Source: Telmatocola sphagniphila (GTDB taxonomy: Bacteria > Planctomycetota > Planctomycetia > Gemmatales > Gemmataceae). From it: a stretch of DNA of 32,000 nt. The stretch is taken from the NCBI RefSeq assembly GCF_018398935.1, contig NZ_CP074694.1:90001-122000 (forward strand), given 5' to 3'. The notes under the pieces were generated by a model. That model saw nothing but the letters and a program-made list of their open reading frames with translations. It was not told the DNA's origin and did not search any database. Shown here one piece after another: positions 1-8,400 of this stretch (the first letter of the stretch is position 1; each line of letters starts with the position of its first letter). A program made the translations under genes and the position numbers.

Positions 1-53
1 GGTCCTGTTTCAGTGCCTTGAGCAAGCCTTCCACGGAGTCGATTCCTCGTGTA

Positions 54-713
54 CTACCCGCCGGCCCGCAACCGGGGGGAATGTACCAGGGACAAAAATT
101 CAGCGCGAGTCGCAGGGTTGGTCTTGAAGCTTCCCCGCATGGCACTGGTAATTGTAGTCGATCCGGTCTTTCGGACACCACGTAAAGACATGCAGCTGTG
201 AGAAGCTTCCAGAACCACACCCGCGCCGATGGCGCCCAACTCGTTGAGCACCAGATCCGCGAGTTCCTCGGTCATCCGCTCCTGAACCTGCGGTCGGTGC
301 GAAACCGCTTCGACAATACGGGCCAGTTTGCTCAAGCCCACCACCTTTCCCGAGGGCAGATAGGCGATGTGAGCCCGGCCGGTAAACGGCAACAGATGGT
401 GTTCGCACATACTGTTGAAATCGATGTCGCGCACCAGCACCATTTCTTCGTGCTGAACATTGAATGTCTTTTTCAGATAAATCTTGGGATCGATTTTCAG
501 TCCGGAGAAGACTTCCGCATACATGCGAGCCACGCGGGCAGGAGTTTCCAGCAGCCCGTCTCGTTCGGGGTCTTCCCCCACAGCCAGTAGGATCTCACGC
601 ACCGCGTTTTGAATGCGTTGCAGGTCCACTGTATGCCCGGCCCCGGCAGGAGTTCCAGGCTCCCGCTTGACGATTCGATGATTTCGTTCTGGTTTAGTCA
701 AAGTGGCTTCCAC
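54..713 (-). CDS. folE: GTP cyclohydrolase I (FolE type I)
   Basis: 219-aa ORF with the FolE-I core: [50 protein letters not shown]. The ORF-track start at 713 is GTG with no nearby in-frame ATG, so the exact start is uncertain. Confidence 0.93.
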   Translation of the reverse strand: MEATLTKPERNHRIVKREPGTPAGAGHTVDLQRIQNAVREILLAVGEDPERDGLLETPARVARMYAEVFSGLKIDPKIYLKKTFNVQHEEMVLVRDIDFNSMCEHHLLPFTGRAHIAYLPSGKVVGLSKLARIVEAVSHRPQVQERMTEELADLVLNELGAIGAGVVLEASHSCMSLRGVRKTGSTTITSAMRGSFKTNPATRAEFLSLVHSPRLRAGG

Positions 714-900
714 ACTTTAGCCCCATAATTGCAGAATTATATTGTACGTCTCATCAATAGACCGCCCCCGAATTTGTCGGCAAGAAATGCCAGAATTTGG
801 TTGGATTTCTCATTTCGGTACTTTCGAATATGCCTAATATTGCGAACCAAACCCACGCTAACCGTATCATTATGCAAAATATAAAAACGGTTCCCCAGCC

Positions 901-2295
901 ATGTTCCTGACGATCTCCACAAGCCACTCTCCTGCAACCGATCTCGGCTATCTGCTGCACAAAAAGCCCGGCCGGCTACAATCTTTTTCTTTGAATTTCG
1001 GCCAGCTGCACGTGTTTTACACGGAAGCTTCGGAAGAGAAGTGCACAGCCGTGCTGCTTCTGGATATGGACGCGGTGGGCTGGACCCGCTCCCGGCCCGA
1101 CAAGCGGGGCGAAGCCGGTTTGCTTTACCAATATGTGAACGACCGGCCCTATGTCGCTTCTTCGTTCCTCAGCGTGGCGATTTCCCAGGTATTGGGTTCG
1201 GCCCTCAACGGCCGTTGCAAAGACCGCCCCGAACTTGCGGAGACGCCGATACCCTTAACGGTCAGTATTCCCGTACTCCCTTCGAGAGGGGGCGAAGGGT
1301 TTCTTCGAAAGTTGTTCGAGCCTCTGGGCTACCAGCTCGAATTGCGTCGACACCCGCTGGATCAAAATTTCACCGAGTGGGGGGAGAGTCGCTACTTCTT
1401 TTTGAAACTCTCGAAAACAGTTGTGCTGCACGAACTCTTGTCGCACTTGTATGTGCTGATACCGGTTCTCGATGCGGATAAGCACTACTGGATCGGCGAA
1501 GAAGAAGTTGCCAAGCTTTTAAAGCATGGCGAAGGCTGGTTGGAAACTCATCCGGAAAAAGCGGCCATCGTCGATCGATATCTGAAATACCGCGGCAACC
1601 TGGTTCAAGCCGCGCATGCCGGGCTGCTAGTGGCTTCCGAAGAACTCCCGGCTGATTCGGACCGCGTGGAAATCGAAGACGAAGTGGAGACCAAGATTCG
1701 CCTGCACGATTTGCGGCAAAACCGGGTCTGTGAAGTCCTGGTGGCGGAAGGGTGCCGGTCTGTGGTCGATCTCGGTTGCGGCGAAGGGAAACTCTTGACG
1801 CGACTTTGCCAGGAAAAGCAGTTCGAGAAGATTATCGGTGTCGATGTCTCCACTCGCTCGCTGGAAATCGCCGATCAGAAATTGCGGCGGCGCGGCGCCT
1901 ACGACGAACCGGATCGTTTGAAACTGTTACAGGGCTCGGCCGTCTATCGCGACGATCGGTTGGCGGGCTTCGATGGTCTTAGTCTCGTCGAAGTGGTGGA
2001 GCACCTCGATCTCAATCGACTGCCGGCGCTCGAGAAAAATATCTTCGCGATCCTGAAGCCGCGGGTGGTGGTTCTGACCACGCCCAATCGCGAATACAAC
2101 GTGAAATTCGAAGGTCTGAAGGAAGGAAAGTTGCGGCATCGCGATCATCGCTTTGAATGGACCCGATCCGAATTTCAGAACTGGGCCACGGCGATCGGTC
2201 AAAAGTATGGCTACGCCGTGCAGATAGAAATGTTGGGGGAACTCGACGCCGAACTGGGTGGTCCTTCCCAATTAGGAGTTTTCATTCGCTCATGA
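901..2295 (+). CDS. hen1: Bacterial Hen1, 3'-terminal RNA ribose 2'-O-methyltransferase (RNA repair partner of Pnkp)
   Basis: 464 aa. C-terminal SAM methyltransferase with motif I VVDLGCGEGKL, metal-binding EVVEHLD, and HRDHRFEWT, all typical of Hen1. A ~230-aa N-terminal domain sits where the Pnkp-activating domain of bacterial Hen1 lies. The stop TGA (2293-2295) overlaps the ATG of the next gene (2292-2294). Confidence 0.88.
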   Translation: MFLTISTSHSPATDLGYLLHKKPGRLQSFSLNFGQLHVFYTEASEEKCTAVLLLDMDAVGWTRSRPDKRGEAGLLYQYVNDRPYVASSFLSVAISQVLGSALNGRCKDRPELAETPIPLTVSIPVLPSRGGEGFLRKLFEPLGYQLELRRHPLDQNFTEWGESRYFFLKLSKTVVLHELLSHLYVLIPVLDADKHYWIGEEEVAKLLKHGEGWLETHPEKAAIVDRYLKYRGNLVQAAHAGLLVASEELPADSDRVEIEDEVETKIRLHDLRQNRVCEVLVAEGCRSVVDLGCGEGKLLTRLCQEKQFEKIIGVDVSTRSLEIADQKLRRRGAYDEPDRLKLLQGSAVYRDDRLAGFDGLSLVEVVEHLDLNRLPALEKNIFAILKPRVVVLTTPNREYNVKFEGLKEGKLRHRDHRFEWTRSEFQNWATAIGQKYGYAVQIEMLGELDAELGGPSQLGVFIRS

Positions 2296-4835
2296 ACATA
2301 ACATTACCTCCGGTTAGCCTGGTGCTGCTCGTCGGGCCATCGGGAGTGGGCAAATCCACATTCGCCCGTCGGCACTTTAAACCGACGGAAGTGATCTCGT
2401 CCGATTATTTTCGGGGACTCATCAGCGACGACGAAAACGAACAGTCGATTAATGCCGAAGCGTTCGAACTGCTGCATTCGGTTGTCGATAAACGGCTGGC
2501 ATTCGGCCGACTGACGGTCGTCGATGCCACCAATGTGCAATTCCATGCCCGAAAGCCTTTGCTGGATATCGCACAGAAGTATCACACGCCCGCGGTCGCG
2601 ATTGTTTTCGCATTGCCCGAACAGATTTCGCAGGAGCGCAATCAACAGCGCAGCTATCGCACTATCCCGCGTAATGTGGTCAAGCGGCACCATTCGCAAT
2701 TGTTGCAGTCGCTACCCCGATTGAAAGCCGATTTCGAAAAGGTGTTCGTTCTGGAATCCGCCGAGCAGATGGATTCGGCAGTAATCCGCCGGGAAGCTTC
2801 GTCTTTCATTCGTCCGGACTGGACCGGCCCGTTCGATATCATCGGCGATGTGCACGGCTGCATGGATGAGCTGAACGATTTGCTCAAAGCTCTCGGTTAC
2901 CAGCTGAATTTCGAAGCGGAGAAGTTTGGGATTTCCCACCCGGAAAATCGCAAACTGCTTTTCGTGGGCGACCTCGTCGATCGCGGGCCGTGCACTCCGG
3001 AAGTGCTGCGTCTGGTCATGGATCTCGTCCAGAGTGGTTCGAGCTTGTGCGTTCGGGGCAACCACGACGACAAGCTCTTTCGCAAGCTCAGCGGACGAAA
3101 TGTGCAGATCAGCCACGGATTGGAAACATCTCTGGAACAACTGGAAAAGTTCCCGGCGGAATTCAGCAATCGCGTCCGCGATTTCCTGGGGTCGTTGCCC
3201 TACCACTACGTTCTGGACGGCGGTCGACTGGTCATTGCCCATGCCGGACTGAAGGAGGAATTCATCGGCAAGGTTTCCGATCGAGTCCGCACCTTCGCCT
3301 TGTTCGGAGATATCACGGGCGAGAAAGATGCCGATGGCCTGCCGGTCCGGCTGAACTGGGCCGCGGACTATCGGGGTAAGGCCCGGATTATCTACGGCCA
3401 TACGCCTACCGGTATGCCCCGTTGGGTCAACAACACGATCAATATCGATACCGGCTGCGTGTTCGGCGGCAGCCTGACGGCCGTGCGCTATCCGGAAGGG
3501 GAATTGATCAGTATCCCCGCCCGTCGCGAATATGCAATTACCAAACGGAACTTTAAAGAGGTCGTTGAAGAAAAAACACCGCAGAAACCGATCGAGGAGA
3601 CGGACGATCTTCCTAATCTAGCCGATTTGCTCGGTCGGCGCTGGGTCGATACCCGCCTGATCTCAAGAATTCCGATCCATGAAAATCTGAATGCGGCGGC
3701 TCTCGAAGCGATGTCGCGCTTTGCCGTCGATCCTCGCTGGCTGATCTATTTGCCGCCGACGATGTCCCCGGGCGATTCCACGAAACAAGACGGATATCTG
3801 GAGCATCCAAAAGAAGCATTCGATTACTTCGCCGCTCAGAATATTTCCCGCGTGATTTGCGAACGCAAACATATGGGATCGCGGGCCGTTGTGGTGATCT
3901 GCAAAAACTCAGAAGTTGCTCAACGCCTGTTTGGCGCAAGCGATGAATGCTGTGGGATTTGCTACACCCGCACGGGTCGTCGATTTTTCGATAGACGCGA
4001 CTGGGAACAGGCGTTTCTCGATCGACTTCGAGCTGCGCTGACTCGTGCGGATTTCTGGCGGCGCTTCGAGAGCGATTGGTTTTGTATCGATGGGGAGATG
4101 ATGCCCTGGTCGGCCAAGGCTCAGGAGTTATTGAAACTTCAGTACGCTGCCTGCGGCGCTTCAGGCCGTGCGGCTTTGGAGGAACTGCAGTCCCTCTGGG
4201 CGAATGTGAATGAAGAGGACCTGGTGACGTTGAAAGAACGTTACCTTCGAAAAACCGAGAATATTCAAGCCTTTACCAAAAGCTACCGCCAGTATTGCTG
4301 GCCGACTCAGAGCATCGATGATTTTCGGTTCGCCCCGTTTCATTTACTGGCGGGACGCAAAGGGTTGTTTCTCGATCAGGAGCATTCCTGGCATATGGAT
4401 GTTCTGGCGGAGCTGTCGGCCGATCCGATATTCCTCGCTACCCCCTATTTGGTTGTGAATCCTAAAGATCCGGCCTCGACCAGCGAAGGCACCGAATGGT
4501 GGTTGGGGTTGACGGGTGAAGGTTATGAAGGAATGGTTGTAAAGCCGATGCAGTGGATAAATCCTTCGCAGAAATCTCTCGTGCAACCGGCCTTGAAGGT
4601 GCGTGGAAGAGAATATCTCCGACTGATTTACGGAGCCGATTACACGCTTCCGGAGAATCTGACTCGCCTGAAACAACGAGCCATTGCCAAGAAACGTGCT
4701 CTCGCAGTCAAGGAATTTGCGCTGGGCATTGAGTCCCTGGAACGATTCGTTCGAGGCGACTCCCTCCGAAAAATTCATGAAGCGGTTTTTGGTGTGCTGG
4801 CCCTGGAGAGTGATCCGGTGGATGCCCGACTGTAA
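2292..4835 (+). CDS. pnkp: Polynucleotide kinase-phosphatase / RNA ligase (Pnkp)
   Basis: Start moved from ORF-track 2157 to ATG 2292 (MNITLPPVSLVLLVGPSGVGKST). Three modules occur in canonical order: P-loop kinase (GPSGVGKST); calcineurin-type phosphoesterase (GDVHGC, GDLVDRGP, GNHD, YGHTP); C-terminal adenylyltransferase with motif-I-like KHMGSR (Lys codon 3867-3869). Coupled to hen1 by the ATGA overlap. Confidence 0.9.
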   Translation: MNITLPPVSLVLLVGPSGVGKSTFARRHFKPTEVISSDYFRGLISDDENEQSINAEAFELLHSVVDKRLAFGRLTVVDATNVQFHARKPLLDIAQKYHTPAVAIVFALPEQISQERNQQRSYRTIPRNVVKRHHSQLLQSLPRLKADFEKVFVLESAEQMDSAVIRREASSFIRPDWTGPFDIIGDVHGCMDELNDLLKALGYQLNFEAEKFGISHPENRKLLFVGDLVDRGPCTPEVLRLVMDLVQSGSSLCVRGNHDDKLFRKLSGRNVQISHGLETSLEQLEKFPAEFSNRVRDFLGSLPYHYVLDGGRLVIAHAGLKEEFIGKVSDRVRTFALFGDITGEKDADGLPVRLNWAADYRGKARIIYGHTPTGMPRWVNNTINIDTGCVFGGSLTAVRYPEGELISIPARREYAITKRNFKEVVEEKTPQKPIEETDDLPNLADLLGRRWVDTRLISRIPIHENLNAAALEAMSRFAVDPRWLIYLPPTMSPGDSTKQDGYLEHPKEAFDYFAAQNISRVICERKHMGSRAVVVICKNSEVAQRLFGASDECCGICYTRTGRRFFDRRDWEQAFLDRLRAALTRADFWRRFESDWFCIDGEMMPWSAKAQELLKLQYAACGASGRAALEELQSLWANVNEEDLVTLKERYLRKTENIQAFTKSYRQYCWPTQSIDDFRFAPFHLLAGRKGLFLDQEHSWHMDVLAELSADPIFLATPYLVVNPKDPASTSEGTEWWLGLTGEGYEGMVVKPMQWINPSQKSLVQPALKVRGREYLRLIYGADYTLPENLTRLKQRAIAKKRALAVKEFALGIESLERFVRGDSLRKIHEAVFGVLALESDPVDARL

Positions 4836-4953
4836 ACTCTGCTCCGCTTTATCTAAATTTTTAGGAGATTTATTGCAAGATCGAAGCGGTGCGGTTAGTA
4901 TCATCCCTATCGGCCATTCAGGGATTGGATGGCCATTTCGACGGGTGAAACCC

Positions 4954-5394
4954 ATGTTTCAAATTCTGCGCATTCTCTACGCCACCGATTTTTCCAGCTA
5001 TTCCAATCAGGCCTATTTCCATGCGGTGGCCATTGCGGAAAGAACCGGTGCGGAACTGGTAATCTGCCATGTCTATCAGCCAAAACAAGGGCGGGATAGC
5101 GAATACTGGCGCGAACAACTCGAACAGATCCGGCCCAATAACGCGGCGATTCCCATTCAACACGTGCTTCTCGAAGGCGACCCGGCGGATGAAATCGTTC
5201 GCTATGCCACCGAGGCCAATATGAACATGTTGGTGATCGGGACGCATGGTCGATCGGGTGTGGACCGATTAATGATGGGGAGCGTTGCAGAGAGAATTCT
5301 GCGCGATTCCCCCTGTTCGGTGCTAGTGGTCAAATTGCCCAAGGGGGTGAGCACCCCCATTCGGACTCAACGTGAAACGGCTACCGCACATTAG
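4954..5394 (+). CDS. Universal stress protein (UspA family)
   Basis: Start moved to ATG 4954 (MFQILRILYATDFS). UspA-fold signatures present: ILYATDFS, MLVIGTHGRSG, GSVAERILRDSPCSVLVV. The ORF-track 5' extension from 4684 overlaps the pnkp 3' end and has no family-like sequence. Confidence 0.85.
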   Translation: MFQILRILYATDFSSYSNQAYFHAVAIAERTGAELVICHVYQPKQGRDSEYWREQLEQIRPNNAAIPIQHVLLEGDPADEIVRYATEANMNMLVIGTHGRSGVDRLMMGSVAERILRDSPCSVLVVKLPKGVSTPIRTQRETATAH

Positions 5395-5410
5395 TTATTG
5401 ATTAGCATCC

Positions 5411-5463
5411 AAACAGCAGGGGCTCGATATTTCCTTCCGGAGTATCGAGCCCCTGCTGTTTTT
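5411..5463. terminator. Bidirectional rho-independent terminator between convergent genes
   Basis: Perfect 18-bp inverted repeat AACAGCAGGGGCTCGATA (5412-5429) / TATCGAGCCCCTGCTGTT (5443-5460) with a 13-nt loop. It is flanked by AAA upstream and TTT downstream and lies between the usp stop (5394) and the giant-gene stop (5482). Confidence 0.75.
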
Positions 5464-5481
5464 AATCTTCAATTCGGGCGA

Positions 5482-8400
5482 TTAAGCCCCACCGACGTAA
5501 ACGCCCCAGCCCGTAGCGCTATCGAACGCATTGAGCGGAGTAAGCGGTGCCAGAGTCGGCAATAATTGGAAGCGCTGAATCGTGGTGCTGTTGCTGCGGC
5601 CAACCAGAATCTGACCGATGCCATTGGCACCGCTAGCGGTTCCGATATTGAGATTGCCTGGGGTGGAAGCCGAAGCCGTTCCGGAAGGATAATTATTCGG
5701 TACCAGGAAACTGGCGATGAGGTTATTGGTCACCCCGTCGAAGACTTCCACATGCGGGTCATTACCCGAAGCGGCTGCGACTACCAAGTCCGCATGGCCG
5801 TCGCCGTTGAGGTCCACTGAGGCGACGTCAACCCCACCGAGGAAACCGGGTGCGAATGCCAGGAAGCTGCGAATCAGCGTGAGATCAGTGCCACGGAACA
5901 CTTCCACGTGCGGGCTGGAGCCGGAAGCTGCCCCGACGATGATGTCGGAGATGCCCGTATCCTCGACGTCGCCCGCAGCCACGTTGATGCCTCCGAGGAA
6001 TCCAGTAGAGAAGGCATAAAAGCTTTGCAGCAATGAGCCATCTTTACCGCTGAAGACTTTCACATGCGGCGCGGTGCCAACTCCGCTCCCGGTGATAATA
6101 TCGGCGTAGCCATCGCCGTTCACGTCGCCTACGGCGATCGAAGCCTGGCCTTCATAGTTCGCGTAAGCGAAGTACGATTGCAGGATGCTACCGTCGATAC
6201 CGCTGAAGACCACGATATGAGCATCACCGCCGATACCCGCCATGCAGACGATATCGGGGACGCCGTCGCCGTTTACATCTCCAACGGCCACTTCAATTCC
6301 ACCGCGATATTCCGTGGCGAAAGGCTGCAGGACAAATTTCGGAGTAGTGAGATTCGAAGGATCGTAAACATTTACCAGAGGCAGGCCACCGTAAGCTACC
6401 GAGACGGCTATCAAACCCACTCCTTGGATTCCGGAGACATTGATCAGACCCACGCTCGCACCGGTGGACTGAGTCACACGCAATTGCGGTCCGCCCAGTG
6501 ACGGGGTGGTAATATTCGTGTAAGTCTTGCTCGCAGTCCCCACGATGTTGATCGTGTTAGCCAGCTTGCCGCCCATCCCATCGATCAGGAGGTTCACCTT
6601 CTTGGAAGGGACCACATTGATGGTATCTCCGTTGGGTCGGTTCTTGTTTCCGGCCCGATACATAATGGTGCTGAAAGTGCCGGGGTTAAGATTCACGGCG
6701 AGCAGTGTGCCCAATGAGGCATTGCTGATGGTGACTAGCGAATCGGAGATCATCACCTGATCGGAGGGGTTGGCCGCGGTCACCTCTCCGAATACCGAAC
6801 CCGAGGAACTGCCCGTCGCACTGACACCCAGAATGGTCAGAATATCCTTGCTGGCGGAGTTGGTTCCATCGCCATTGAGGCTCAGCGAACCCGTAATGTT
6901 GTTGAACTTGATGAAAGGCGTCTGATTGCCGTTGAGCGGTAAGCCGCTGTTTCCGACGTTGAATCGGACGTCCCCCGAAGTGGAGGAAAGCGGTCGATAG
7001 ATCATACCGCTGGCGAGATTCAACGTTTTGGGGCCGACAGTGCCGTAGACGTTACCCGTGCTATCGATCACACTGAAGTTGTTGACCGAGGCACCCCCGT
7101 TGAACGTAAAGTTCGGCAGCGAATCGAACTGGACGTTAGTACCCAATCCTTGCAGCGATTGCCCGAAGGGCGTCAGACCGAGTTTCAGAGCCACATTGTT
7201 AGTTGCAGAAGTGATTCCGTTCACGACGAAGGTATCCGCGGAACTCGACGCTCCGCCGCTCAGATTGACGCTCGTCGCGGTGATTCCCGTCCCGGTATTT
7301 AGGACGAAGGAGGCCGTTCCGGCGTTGCCGAGGAAGTAGTTATTTCCGGCCAGCCCGGAACCATTCAACTGGAAGCTGGAAGTGGTTCCTCCCGTAACTG
7401 TTGTGGTAATTCCCGGTGCGGTCGAGTTGACGATGAACGTATCGTTGGAAGTACTGGTATTGAGCGTGCCGTTGGTCAGTTCGTTTCCGTAAACCTTGAC
7501 GGCACCGATTCCGGTCGGCTGCAATTTTTCGTTCAGATTGAAAGTATCGGTTCCACCGAATCCATTGATGGTGAGTGTGCCGGCATTGGAGGTATTCAGA
7601 GTCTCCGTCGATGTGGTAGTTGCATCCTGCAACTGGAGCATCTGGGAACCTGAAACCAGACTGCCATCGTTTAAAGTGTAGGTTTCGGCACTGGTGCTGC
7701 CGATGAAATCGAGTTCGCCGACTGGAGTCGTCGAGAGCAAGGTGGGAACATCGTTGAAGATGACATTACCTGTCGTCTTGTTGCCGGAGGTAGCACCGAC
7801 GCCGAGCGCTCCCGTCGGGTCCAGAATCACGGTGCCACTATTGGTGCCATTCATCGTCACAGTTTCACGGGCGATGCTGGTACCGGGTGCCCCTACGATG
7901 TTGAGAAGATTGGTGGCAGATCCGCCATTGAAGGTGATAAACCCTGCCACGAATCCATTGCTGTTGTCGATGACGAGATTATCGTTATTCGTTGAACCCG
8001 TAACGACCACACCCAGAATTGTCCCATTCACATAGCTGGTCGGCGTAATTCCATTTACGTTGGCTACCAAACCATTCCCCGAGCCTCCACTGGCAATCGT
8101 GAAAGTATCCGTCGAACCGCTAGGGGCATTACCGACGAGTTCCAGAATGAAGCCGAGCGGGAAGTTGACTTTGTTGACGATGCCCGTGTAATTCACTGGC
8201 TGGGTACCCGTAGCATTAATGGCCCCGGTTGTCGGACTCAAATAGGTGAATTCGCCGACCGCTTCGTAGGTCAGAGTGCCACCCGGGGTGCCGCCGTTCA
8301 CATCGATGGTCATGGTAGTGGACGGGGTCACATCGAAGGTATCTCCTCCGCCGTTGCCATCGGCGATCAAGGTCTGCAAACCGGTGTAGTTGAAGAGTTT

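Noticed and set aside
714-900. Possible folate/THF- or preQ1-type riboswitch upstream of folE
   Set aside because: I could not recognise any conserved riboswitch core by eye. Only a trivial 6-bp inverted repeat (AGAAAT/ATTTCT) is present. An Infernal/Rfam scan would be needed to decide.
2157-2291. ORF-track 5' extension of pnkp (45 extra residues)
   Set aside because: It overlaps the hen1 3' end in another frame and has an Arg-rich, non-family sequence. The ATG at 2292 gives the expected beta-strand plus P-loop N-terminus and an ATGA coupling junction.
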